Both the position numbers and the translations under genes were made by a program. Of a DNA stretch of 64,000 nt, positions 15,037-27,065 are shown piece by piece. The notes below the pieces were generated by a model, which ran no database searches, was not told the origin of the DNA, and worked only from the letters and a program-made list of their open reading frames with translations. How positions within the stretch are numbered: the stretch's first letter is position 1; every line of letters begins with the position of its first letter. The stretch is from the NCBI GenBank assembly GCA_964016885.1, contig OZ024743.1:377456001-377520000 (forward strand), given 5' to 3'. Origin of the DNA: Eledone cirrhosa (Eukaryota).

Positions 15037-16175
15037 AAAAAATGATTTTTCTGGAATGTTTTTTCATTGGTATTATTATATCTAATGGTATTTCCCCTGT
15101 TGTTGTGTGGTCTTGTATAGAAGTTTCGGACGTATTGAGGTTCGGTTTGTTGATAGTCCGGGTTGTAGATTTGGTTCCTTTGTGTGGGTTGGGATCTATG
15201 GTTTTGGAACAGGCTCTGTGTGGGCAGGGGTCTACGGTTTGGGAATAGGTTTTGTGTGGGTTGTGATCTGCGGATCAGGTCCTGCCTTGTGTTCGGGGAT
15301 CTTTGGTTTTTGTTAGTAGGGTTATAGTTTTGTCTATGGTTTCTGGGATTATCGTTATAGTTTTGCTGGGGGTATGTTGGACGTTTTGTTACTTTTTTTG
15401 TTATTTGTTGTGCATGTGGAGTGTGAGTTTTAGTTTGTTTTAAAAATGGGTTACCTGTATGTTGTTCATTTTTGAAGTCCATTTCGTAGTTGTTGAACCA
15501 GGTGGCGTTTTTTTCCCATCGCTGGAAGGATGTGAGTTCTTCATCCTCACAGTTTTCTTTCCAAAGTTTTAGGGTTTTTTTGTAGAGTAGGCCTTCAGAG
15601 TGATTTGAGATTTCTGTGTCCATCTGTTGGTCGAGTGACTTGAATTTTTCTTCGTTGGAGTTGGCTCTTAATCGCAACAGTTCTATTTCTGTTTTAAATT
15701 TTTCCAATGCCATCTTTTCCCTAAGTCTTTGTTGGTTTTCTGGTTCATTCGGGATGGGTTTTATTTGGAGTTTTTTGGGGAGGATGATTGGGGTAGAGTT
15801 TAGCCACTTTTCATATACGTCTGCCTTGCCATTATTTTTTAGGAGATTCCAAAGGGCGAATTTGCGGGCTGTGAGCTTTTGAGTCCATATGTTGATTAGG
15901 GTGTTTTTCACTGAGTGGACATCTCGTAGATTGGGTTCTAACGGTTGTTCAAGTTTTTGGAGCATTGCTGTTTCAATGGTTTCGATTAGCTTAGTTAATA
16001 CTGGAGTAATATTCGTCTCTTGGGTATTTTCTGTTTCTTCGTGGGGTCCTTTTTTATAGATGTGTATTTGGTCCACTTTGTTGGTCAAAATTGAGAGTTT
16101 AGAGGAAATCTCTTTGAGTTCATTTAAGATGTCCTGGTTCCGTGAGTTGTTGTTTTGTTGAGACTTTGGTGGCAT
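14973..16175 (-). CDS. PLE ORF1: 400-aa predicted coiled-coil protein with N/Q/R/P-rich C-terminus
   Basis: Uninterrupted, non-microsatellite ORF. Its ATG lies ~90 nt inside the upstream pLTR boundary. It has heptad-like helices and overlaps the RT frame in -1 register. Confidence 0.8.
   Translation of the reverse strand: MPPKSQQNNNSRNQDILNELKEISSKLSILTNKVDQIHIYKKGPHEETENTQETNITPVLTKLIETIETAMLQKLEQPLEPNLRDVHSVKNTLINIWTQKLTARKFALWNLLKNNGKADVYEKWLNSTPIILPKKLQIKPIPNEPENQQRLREKMALEKFKTEIELLRLRANSNEEKFKSLDQQMDTEISNHSEGLLYKKTLKLWKENCEDEELTSFQRWEKNATWFNNYEMDFKNEQHTGNPFLKQTKTHTPHAQQITKKVTKRPTYPQQNYNDNPRNHRQNYNPTNKNQRSPNTRQDLIRRSQPTQNLFPNRRPLPTQSLFQNHRSQPTQRNQIYNPDYQQTEPQYVRNFYTRPHNNRGNTIRYNNTNEKTFQKNHFLDQGYRTHDTRWHKPILKNRK
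15036..15042 (-). promoter_or_regulatory. Candidate -1 ribosomal frameshift slippery heptamer T TTT TTA
   Basis: The ORF1 frame reads caT TTT TTA gac (X XXY YYZ register). The -1 frame from here reads RPRLQDSRHPVAQTDFEKPK into the RT. Confidence 0.75.
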
Positions 16176-16264
16176 TTTCGGTCTTCGTGTGGTGGGTATA
16201 TATTAGAAAGTGAGGTATTTTTTACAAAATGAAAAATAACCGAGGTGTCCTACACGAGTGGAAG

Positions 16265-16773
16265 TATAAAGAAAAAGGGATGAAATCGAAAATGCAACTG
16301 AAGTCTTATTTTTTTTAAAAATATATATATTTATTTGGTTCCTTTACCGGTTTCGCAGTTCTTCGGCTTTTCAAAAGGTGAGTTGAGATGGAGGGTCTGT
16401 GGTTTTTCTCACATCTGGTTGGTCTCTAAATGTTACTTGTTTTATATGGAAAAAGTGGCTCGAAAGCCAGGTTTTTCGAGAAGTAATTTGATTGGTTTGT
16501 CAATAATTATAATAAATTTCGCGCCAGTTCGCGTTACAATAGTTCTTCAAATAAGAGAGGGGGGGGTTGTCACAGGTTGTTTTTTCATATATGAGTGTTT
16601 GAATTTCTTTTTACTTGAAAAAATGAGGCTCACGAAGGCTTTTTTTTTGGTTGGTTATAAATGAAATTTGGCTGTCACGTGAACAAGTTTTCATTACATT
16701 TTTGCGCCCTTATTTGGAAAACTATTCTGTAGTCTTTATAGTGAATGTTATGACAATGGAGAGATAGTGGTCA
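16265..16773 (-). repeat. 5' pseudo-LTR of Neptune-like PLE
   Basis: Direct repeat of 11281-11791 with only a few substitutions and homopolymer differences. Confidence 0.92.
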
Positions 16774-17431
16774 GAAAAACCCCCCTTCGGGGGGTTTTCT
16801 GCTAGCATGTGTAGTGTGTATATTGATATTATACGCAGGTATATATATACATGTAGATATGATACATCAAATAAAATTGTAATTGACAATACATAGAAAT
16901 TGAACGAAGACTTATGTAATCAGTAACGTAATCCACGATACATTAAAAAAAGACGATATTATATATAAACTGCATTAGGGGAAAATTAGTGACGGAAAAT
17001 TAGTATGTTTATTTAAACGATCGCCACCAGAAGTGTTGACATTTCAGAAATGTTTAAAGAAGTGAATCATTAAATAAACAAAATATATTTAATGAACAGC
17101 CACGAAATTTAGTAGATAAATTATGTAATATTCATTCATTATTTATTCAAAGTGGTGAATTGGCAGTATCGGTAGAGGGTCGGACGCCATGCTTTGACGC
17201 ATAGAGTTACGGCCCTTGCCATTCTGAGTTCAAATCCCGCCGAAGTTAACTTTGCCTTTCATCCTTACGGGGTCGATAAAATAAAGTACCAGTAATGCAC
17301 TGAGATAATTGGTGGCCTTGTGCCAAAAGTGGAAACAATTATTTATTCAAAGTAATCAAACTTATTTTACAAACGGGATAAAAAAAATAAACCGTACGCA
17401 GTCCCGCAGACCTTCCTTTATTATAGTTTAA
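16772..17431 (-). mobile_element. Non-autonomous Helitron copy (terminal CTAG lost at the PLE junction) with nested SINE
   Basis: Homologous to 23491-23976. Hairpin aaaacccccc-ttcg-gggggtttt at 16775-16799. A SINE sits at ~17152-17345. Confidence 0.75.
17152..17345 (+). mobile_element. tRNA-derived SINE (Meta-domain-like), representative of ~18 copies
   Basis: A box TGGCAGTATCGG, B box GAGTTCAAATCC, body gcctttcatccttacggggtcgataaaataaagtaccag. Other copies (approximate): 1185-1340, 1696-1810, 19160-19352, 24585-24782, 26608-26880, 35033-35224, 36370-36530, 49987-50180, 59185-59440, 63508-63726, 63742-63926. Confidence 0.88.
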
Positions 17432-17457
17432 ATATATACATATATATATATATATAC

Positions 17458-17500
<43 letters not shown>

Positions 17501-17540
17501 CATACATACATTATGTTCATTCTGTCATTACAACAGCAGA

Positions 17541-17635
17541 GGTCCGACGAGGTTTTGATTCCAGAGTCGGACCAGATCGATACAGATCGAACCTTGAGCT
17601 GATCAATATCGAAACGCGCGTCACCAATCAATAAA
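17541..17635 (+). ncRNA. Hammerhead motif (C4 variant) + AATAAA in a short element between (TA)n tracts
   Basis: GGT CCGACGA...GAAA CGCGCG TC ACC. It shares internal words (agatcgaacc, ttgagctgatc) with the 37085-37388 element. Confidence 0.6.
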
Positions 17636-17665
17636 CGCAATGAAGGCTTAACAAATCGACCTTGT

Positions 17666-17702
<37 letters not shown>

Positions 17703-17739
17703 ATACTTTGGGAGGGTCATGTTGCCAAATTCAGAAACG

Positions 17740-17810
<71 letters not shown>

Positions 17811-17883
17811 GGAGGTGAGTTTTATTGTAGTACAATAAAGCAATGCAGATATCGGATAAGTAACCTTCATATCATGTCTCCCT

Positions 17884-17952
17884 ATTTTATCTGATGAAAA
17901 TGCAAATGTTATCGCATGATGATATTTGTTTTTGAAATGCGCATAATAAAAT
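17884..17952 (+). ncRNA. Type I hammerhead motif in a ~175-bp element between (TA)n tracts
   Basis: ATTTTAT CTGATGA, long helix II (caaatgttatc/gatgatatttg), then GAAA TGCGCA TA ATAAAAT. Confidence 0.82.
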
Positions 17953-17981
17953 ACATGGAACTCTTTTAACCATCTTTTGAT

Positions 17982-18037
<56 letters not shown>

Positions 18038-18180
18038 GTCATCCCATAAATATAATATGTTCAAAATAAGGAAACGCACAGGACAAAGACAATAGAAAAA
18101 AAAGAACGGAGAGACGAGCAGTCCCATCTCCTTAGTCAATCTCTGGAAATCACTGTTTGGACTCGCTTCAGCATTGGAGC

Positions 18181-18222
<42 letters not shown>

Positions 18223-18378
18223 GCCATGTATTTCTAAATACATCTACCCTCATGGCCTTAATGCATTCTCCCTCTTCTTCTAATCTGCTCTTCCCACCGC
18301 GTCCAGTACCATCCCTCATCCGCACGCACACACACACACACGCACACGCACACACACACGCACACACACACGCACGCA

Positions 18379-18482
<104 letters not shown>

Positions 18483-18735
18483 TCAGTACATATTCACATG
18501 CATTTCGCATTTCTCAGTGTCGTATAGTGTGGTTGCTATGACAATTTAACATCTTTTTTGTTTATTTCAAGTTCATCTAGTCCAACTGGAGGTTGAGTTT
18601 GTTTTGTTTTGTTTTTCTTAATGAACCGATACATAATAAACAGATCCATATTTGTCAGTAATAATCTCTTTTATATTTGATACGTACACAGACCAACCAA
18701 ACACGTAATAATAAATACAGGTTTATATATACTTA

Positions 18736-18778
<43 letters not shown>

Positions 18779-18832
18779 CAACACTTATCGAGTCCGCTCT
18801 GGATTTTGGTCTTTGTATTTATTATTACTATG

Positions 18833-18908
<76 letters not shown>

Positions 18909-19362
18909 GTTACCAAGGACAATATAAAACATATGAGTTGTCGACCCTGGCTTGTCTCTAAACCCCCCACCCCCCCACCCCCACCCCACCCCCCAACAAA
19001 ATTATTTACTATTTTTTTCCTCGTGTTTCCTTACAATTTACTGATCAGCTATTTATAAATATTCATGTCTAAAGATTAACGAACAGATGTAGAGATATAT
19101 TATCTCAAAAATAATAACATACATCCGGTAGCCTTATACGATGTTGTGTAATATCATTAGGTGGTGGGTTGGCAGAATCGGTAGAAGGTCGGACGCCATG
19201 CTTTGTAGCATAGAGTTACGGCCCTGTATGATCTGAGTTCAAATCCCGCCAAGGTTAACTTTGCCTTTCATCCTTACGGGGTCGATAAAATAAAGTACCA
19301 GTAATGTACTGAGATAATTGCTGGTCTTGTGCCAAAAGTAGAAACAATTATTATATATCGTT

Positions 19363-19422
<60 letters not shown>

Positions 19423-19551
19423 AAAGTTATATTTAAAATTGTTGGGTTACAACTAGTAAATATTTATAACTGATATAAAAGCACTCGACAAATATTTGGA
19501 GTATATTTACAATATTAAATAAATGGAAACTATATTTATAAAACCATATTT

Positions 19552-19615
19552 ATTTCATTATATATATTTCGGGGATATCATATTAACAATATGCTATGCC
19601 TTCCTCAGACAAAAT
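19552..19615 (-). ncRNA. Hammerhead motif in pLTR of the YRDD PLE (inverted copy 23066-23122)
   Basis: ATTTTGT CTGAGGA...GAAA TATATA TA ATGAAAT. Confidence 0.72.
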
Positions 19616-20893
19616 ACAATATAAACAGTTTTATAGATAAATAGATTCGACATACCGTAATAACACTGACTTGCATTTGAAGAGGTTAAACTGGCAGTGA
19701 AAAAATTTTACACAGAGAGAAAGAAAGAGAGAAAAAAAGAAAGAAAGACAGAAAAGGAAGAAAAAGAAGAAATGCATGGAACAAAATAGAGAGATGGAAA
19801 GATAGATAAAGAGAAGAACTTCATGTAAAGAAACAGAAAGAGATATATATATAGAGAGAGAGAGGAAATAGAGATAGATACATATATATATAGAAAATTA
19901 GGTAGTGGGAGGTCAGTTGAGTAAATGTATCAATGATACATTTATTTATTTATTTATTTATTTAGCTCTAGTATTAATGTAAGGGAGATATATAGAGAGA
20001 GAAAAAAAATATAGAGAGAGAAAAAATAGCGAGAGAAAAAATTTAAAAATAGCCAGATATATTCGAGGCGTAAAAACCCTATGTTTTAATGTATTAGTAT
20101 TTATAAAACTTCCACTATATTGTAAATATCAGTATTCCTGAATGAGACAAGTATCCATAGTGTGTGAAAATTAATTATCTTATGTTTAGTTTTTTTTTTA
20201 AATTCATATGTTTATGTGATAGCTACAAACATCCATGTGAATCCACATGATCAACTCTGCAAACTCTAAGTTCACGGAAAACATTCTCAATGTGGTATAA
20301 AAATTTGAGTATACATATATGTGTATTATTATTCCTGTCTTTACTCTACAAGATTATCTATCAAGCAGAAATAGAGAGCAGATTTCAATATACTAATAAA
20401 AATATATATCAGAAACAAAACTAAAAAAATAGAAAACTAAAAAAATATTACGAAAGAATATTACATATTAAAAATATTACATATTAAAAAATATTACGTA
20501 TTAAAAAATACTACAATAATAAAAATAAAAATAAACCACAAAGATCAACCCTTCAAAATTAATTGACAATATATTGCCAAGTTCATTATAAGACAAAGCC
20601 AAAAATTATCTATCAAATCACATCTAGCAAAGATCATTTCAAAAAGTTTATGATGTCCAATTTGGTCTACATGTGTTCTTATATTTAATATAGAAGTTTA
20701 TCTAGTGTAAGGTTTATTCAAAATATTTGGAGCATCAGCTTTTAGGGTAGCTTAATTTTTCATGAGGAATGTTTAAATAAAAATAAAATAAAAATAAACA
20801 ATAAAAAAAGAATAAAAAGAAGGAATCAAAAATTTAAGGAATCAGAAATTTATCGGCTAGTTTCCCATATAAATATAAATCAAACTAAATATA

Positions 20894-22515
20894 CTACATT
20901 TTAAATTTAAATTTATATTTAAACGTTGAGTTTAATCTATGTTTGCAACAACTGAATAAATTTGTCCGTAGATTAAGGGAATTTTTAGATTTTAGTATAA
21001 AGAATATCTCCTCTGCGCAGAGGTCACATGTCTCAGAGGATGAATTAAAAGGAATCCCTCTTGAGACTATATTCCAAGCCGTCGAATATCTAACGTTATC
21101 TAGCTTAAGTTGCCAGAGTACGCCTGATAGTGCCGTTGAAGATTTTTTACTTGGATCTGTGAAAGAATTCTTGTGGTTATTATAGCGAAGTTTAAATTCC
21201 GTCGATGTGGAACCGACGTAGTTAAAAGAATTAGAGTCAGTATTAACATTACAATTGTATACTATATTTTTAACTAAGCAGTTGTTATTTAACGGACATT
21301 TAGATCTATCTCTACAGTTACATTTGTTAACTTGTATATTATTTATGCTATTATCACTAGGTTTTAAGTTCCTATTATTTATTCTATTAATATTTTGTGC
21401 TAAATTTTTGGTGGATGAGTAGGTTAATTTAATTGTATGCCTATTGAAAATTGAGTGATACCTATGTGTTCTAGGGAAGCGATTATCAAGAGCTTTGAAA
21501 AATAATTTAGCGATGTGGGTTTTAATGTTTAGTGAGAAAGGGGGGGGGGGGCAAACCAAATTATGTTCCTAGTTCTATTTCTTTTTTGGCCTTTGGAATT
21601 ATTGTAATGCTTTCTATTATAGTTGTTAAGGTTGTTGCCGTAATTAAAAAAGTTGTTACTTTGTTTAGTTTGTCTATCATTATCTATGTACACAATCTTA
21701 TCAGCATATCCTGCCCTAGCTAATGCTTCATTATAGTATTGGGCCTTTTCGTCGAAAATCTTTCTATTCGACGAGATCCTAGAGATACGTTTTTGAACAG
21801 AGTTTACTATAGTGTTTTTGACAGATCTGGGGTGGTTAGAGTTAAAGTTGACATAGTTTAAGCTTTCATTCAACTTGTGAAAAGGATAGTGGAGACATGT
21901 GTTGAGATTTAATGTTATATCTAGGAAATTGACTATTCTATGGTTGTTCTCAATTTCTATTTTAAGGTTAAAGTAATTTAAAAATTTTGTAATTTGTTTA
22001 CATTTTCTATTTAGTTCAGGGTTATTATTATTAATAAGTAAAAGCATGTCATCCCTATATAAACCTCCGGTAGTACCAGGTATTTTCCTATGTAGCGAAT
22101 TGATTAAAAATAAGCCCACAAGGTCAGTTACCTGAGCTGAGTCGGAAGATCCCATAGTTATGTCAAAATTGCTATCTCTATCTGCTCTGGTCCATAATTT
22201 GTCATTAAATTCTATCAAAGTTTTCCTAGCCGATAATATAATATGCATTTCTTTGCTAGTTAGGTCAGTATGTTTGAATGCGTAATTTAGTGCCTTATTT
22301 AGTAGACTAGGGGTAATAGAAGAATAATAGTTAGCTATATCAAGTTGAATAAACCTATTATTATTGTTATATTTAATTTGCCTAAACCACTCAACAACCT
22401 CTCCAGTTCCCTTCCACAAGCTCAGGTTAGATACACAATCCAAGTTCTTAATTTGCTGTATCACCCTGTCAAGAATGTTTTTGCTTAATTTGCCCAGGTC
22501 CGATTTTGATGGTGC
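20894..22515 (-). pseudogene. Truncated PLE RT + GIY-YIG, frameshifted at a homopolymer near 21540-21552
   Basis: Motifs FIQLDIANYYSSI, FDITMGSSDSAQVTDLVG, GGLYRDD, VNFLDITL, IIWFAPP, CNCRDRSKCPL, NIVYNC..NYVGST, CDLC. Confidence 0.9.
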
Positions 22516-23138
22516 GGATACTTGTCTCATTCAGGAATACTGATATTTACAATATAGTGGAAGTTTTATAAATACTAATACATTAAAACATAGGGTTTTT
22601 ACGCCTCGAATATATCTGGCTATTTTTAAATTTTTTCTCTCGCTATTTTTTCTCTCTCTATATTTTTTTTCTCTATATATATATCTCCCTTACATTAATA
22701 CTAGAGCTAAATAAATAAATAAATAAATAATTGTATCATTGATACATTTACTCAACTGATCTCCCACTACCTAATTTTCTATATATATATGTATCTATCT
22801 CTATTTCCTCTCTCTCTATATATATATATCTCTTTCTGTTTCTTTACATGAAGTTCTTCTCTTTATCTATCTTTCCATCTCTCTATTTTGTTCCATGCAT
22901 TTCTTCTTTTTCTTCCTTTTCTTCGTTTTCTGTCTTTCTTTCTTTTTTTCTCTCTTTCTTTCTCTCTGTGTAAAATTTTTTCACTGCCAGTTTAACCTCT
23001 TCAAATGCAAGTCGGTGTTATTACGGTATGTCGAATCTATTTATCTATAAAACTGTTTATATTGTATTTTGTCTGAGGAAGGCATAGCATATTGTTAATA
23101 TGATATCCCCGAAATATATATATATATATATATATATA

Positions 23139-23193
<55 letters not shown>

Positions 23194-23251
23194 CAGAGTG
23201 TCCCCCAAAAATGTATGCACACTTCAACAGCATTCTAATAAATATTGCCTG

Positions 23252-23303
<52 letters not shown>

Positions 23304-23306
<3 letters not shown>

Positions 23307-23368
23307 GGTGTCCCCAAAAAATGTATACACATTTTGATAAAATGTGTATACATTTTTGGGACACCCTG
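23304..23368. mobile_element. Tc1/mariner-type mini-MITE in a TA site (extra TIR at ~23194-23225)
   Basis: TA|CA.GGTGTCCC.AAAAA...TTTTTGGGACACCCTG|TA. It is almost wholly palindromic. Confidence 0.75.
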
Positions 23369-23490
23369 TATATATATATATATATTCCTATGTGTATGTG
23401 TATGTATGAGTATCTGTTTGTGTGTAAGTGTGTACGTGTATGAGAGACAATTTTTTTGAAAATAACCTAATGGCGTCAAAACCCTAGCTA

Positions 23491-23976
23491 TCTAAACTGT
23501 AATAAAGTAAGGAGTGCGGGACTGCATCCAGAATATATTTTTTTTATCCCGTTTGTAAAATAAGTTGGATTACTTTGAATAAATAATGAATGAATATTAC
23601 ATAATTTATCTACTAAATTTCGTGGCTGTTCATTAAATATATTTTATTACTTATTTAAAGATTCACTTCTTTAAAATTTCTGAAATGTCAACACTTCCGG
23701 TTAGCGATCGCTTAAATAAACATTCATATATTTCCGTCACTAATTTTTTTCCTGATGCAGTTTATATATAATATCGTCTTTTTTTAATGTATCGTAGATT
23801 ACGTCACTGATTACATAAGAGAGTGTAACGCAGTTTTTGTTCAATTTCTGTGTATATTGTCAATTATGATTTTATTTGATGTATCATATCTACATGTATA
23901 TATACCTGCGTATACTATCAATATACACACTACACATACTAGCAGAAAACCACTCTAAGGGTGGTTTTTCTGCTAG
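23491..23976 (+). mobile_element. Non-autonomous Helitron
   Basis: A|TC 5' end, 3' hairpin AAAACCAC..GTGGTTTT, CTAG|T 3' end. Two further copies lie in the window. Confidence 0.8.
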
Positions 23977-25299
23977 TCCTAGTAATCAGTTATGATCACA
24001 ATATACATAATTGGACGCTAAACCAACAGGCGAGACTAGACAAAAATATATATCAGAAAACTTATTGGTACATTTATAATACACCACCAAAAATTTCATA
24101 AAGACTGATTACATTTACCATTGATACAGGAAGTTATGGTCCTTAAGAAACTATCATGAGATATTCACTGCAGGACTGTAAAAATATCTAGTAAAAAAAA
24201 AAATAGAACAAAAGTAAAATTGTTTGTTTCTTTGTTTAGTTTTTTTTATGTTGTTGTTTTTTTGTTTTTTTTTTGGGGGGGGGGCTCTTTTGTGTGTTTG
24301 TTCTTTGTTGTTTTGCGGTTTTTTTGTATTTTTTGCTTGCTTTCTTCACGCCGTTACGTGCAAAACAGAGGCTGACATAACAGTTTGAATTCTAAACTAA
24401 AATTTGAGTTACAGAGAAAACCCCTTATATGGCCAATAACTGAAAAGGTTGAACAGGAATCTGACAAGGGTAGGATTCAAAGGTAAGATTGAAGGATTCT
24501 TAATTGTAGAACAGGTTGAAAGACACACACGCGCAGGCGTGCGTGCGCGCACACACACACTGACACATTATCACAATAATAATAATGGTTTTTTATTTTT
24601 GATGGGGGAGGCGAAAGTCGATTAAATCGACCCCAGTGCGTTACTGGTACTTTATTTTATCGACCCCGTGAGGATGAAAGGCAAAGTTAACCTCAGCGGA
24701 ATTTGATCTCAGAACGTAAAGGGTGGTAACTCTATGCCGCAAAGCATGTTGTCCGACGCTCTATCGATACTGCCAATCCACATAATAATAATAATAAATA
24801 TGGCTAAATGAGGTTGAGTGATGTATTTGTTGCTCATCTTTTTTTATTGTCTGAGATTAAATTGTAAATGTTTCTTCAACGTACAACAGAATGTTATTAT
24901 ATTATGGTTATAATGTCAGCAACATAAACTATGTTATTTTCTCATTTATTCTTCGACAAGCTAAAGAAAACAACATCCTTATCGAAGTTATTAATGCATA
25001 TATTTACAGCCAGCACACCAACCACCTATCAGCAAACAAACAAAATGGCGTCTCTAATCTGTCGCCTGTCATTTATTTATCTCTAATTCACTCATCATTC
25101 AAGGACAATTGAGCTAAATAATAAAGCAGCGTATTTCGACACACTATCAGATTTCTTCAACCACTAAATATAGTGAGAAAGGGTGGTCGGTGTACAAATA
25201 GATATTGGGAAAATATGTGACATTATGGATCCTCTTTATAATTATTGGTGCATCACTTACTGAGCGTATTGTTATAAATTTATACTATGTATATATATT

Positions 25300-25342
<43 letters not shown>

Positions 25343-25443
25343 ATACATACATATATATATATATATATGTGTGTGTGTATATGTATATCTATACATGTAT
25401 GCTTATATATGTATATGTGTGTATATGTATATATATGTGTATG

Positions 25444-25474
<31 letters not shown>

Positions 25475-25475
25475 A

Positions 25476-25509
<34 letters not shown>

Positions 25510-25603
25510 CATACATATATATATATATGTGTGTGTGTGTGTATATGTATATCTATACATGTATGCTTATATATGTATATGTGTGTATATGTATATATAT
25601 GTG

Positions 25604-25650
<47 letters not shown>

Positions 25651-25717
25651 GTGTGTGTGTATGTGTGATATATGTGTGTGTATGTATAAGTATATGTGTG
25701 TATGCATATATGCATGC

Positions 25718-25772
<55 letters not shown>

Positions 25773-26539
25773 TATATTGTTTACTGTTTTTGCAATAGTT
25801 TGCAATGATATTCTTTATAATAAATTGTCCGCTTGTCTATTTGTCATCTTCGTTTCTTCGAAAGCCATTTTTGTCCATCTCTGGTATTTTCAGATTTCCA
25901 CAGGGTGATGATTTGGAAATTAAACTGAAACATCGCCAGAATTAATTAGAAAGATTTTAACACAGAAAGAGGCAGTTTCTTTTTCTCATAATGTTTTCTC
26001 TTCAAAATATTATTTATCATTGATTTTTACGATGGATCATTTTTTTTTAATATTCATAACCTTTAAAATGTATAGATCATATGAAAAATAATTGCATTGT
26101 TTAACCACATTTTTAGGGAGTTTTTTTAAGGTTTTTTTTTTCAATAAGAAAATAAAATAAAACAACAGATTGATATAGTTTATAAGTTGCTCTAGATTTC
26201 CTCGTCTCCGTTCTACTTCCGTTATCGTCAGCCATTTTTGTCGTCAACTTTGTTATCATTTCCAATATTGTCATCATTTGTTTTCTTATTAACCAATGTT
26301 GTATTCACACATTATTATCACAAAACTTCGCCATTTTTTTCTTCTTATCCGGCTGACTCTCCACTCCATCATTACAGGACCGAACACTAAAACTAACACA
26401 AGCATTCACTTGCTCGTTCATTCGTCAACTCGTCCAAGCAGATGGCATCTTCTAACAAACTGCCAATTCATAAATATGACACAACAGCAGGAATCCTTTG
26501 TTTTTTTGGTTCTTCGACATTTGTTAAGCAGTGTTGTTA

Positions 26540-26599
<60 letters not shown>

Positions 26600-27065
26600 A
26601 TTTGAGGATTAGCAGTATCAGTAGAGCTTTGTGGCACAGAGTTATGGCCCTTTACGTTCTGAGTTCAAATCACACCCAGGTTAACTTTGCCTCTAAATCT
26701 TTACAGGGCGATAAAATAAAGTACCAGTAACGCACTGGGGTTGATTTAATCGACTTTCCCCCACCCACCCCAAATCAGAAACCTTTATTATTAGGGTGGT
26801 GCAGTATCAGTCGGATAAACTACTTTGCGGTATTTACTTATGGCTTTTTACCTTCCGAGTTCAAATCCCACCGAAGGTGGTGGTGGTGGTGGGTTTTTTC
26901 TCTCTCGTTCTTCTCTATTTTCCTTCTTTCTTCTTTTTTCCTTCCTCTTTATTTCTTTCTGTTGTTCTTTCTTCCTCTTCTTTTCCTTCTTCACCTTCTC
27001 CTCTCTTGCTTTTCTTTCCTCCATATTATCATCTATGCTCTTCTCTTCAACAATTAAAATTATGT

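Larger units (their letters stand above)
11281..16773 (-). mobile_element. Near full-length Neptune-like Penelope-like retroelement (ORF1 + RT + GIY-YIG) with tandem pseudo-LTRs
   Basis: Direct repeats of ~510 bp at 11281-11791 and 16265-16773. The RT and GIY-YIG ORFs lie between them. The 3' end abuts (TA)n. Clade assignment is from motif recall only. Confidence 0.93.
19421..23116 (-). mobile_element. 5'-truncated PLE (YRDD type, probably Nematis-like) with inverted pLTR
   Basis: RT/GIY-YIG ORFs at 20894-22515. 22516-23116 is the reverse complement of ~19560-20156. Both ends lie in (TA)n. Confidence 0.9.

Noticed and set aside
17152-17245. tRNA genes
   Set aside because: A/B boxes are present but there is no cloverleaf, and they continue into the SINE body.
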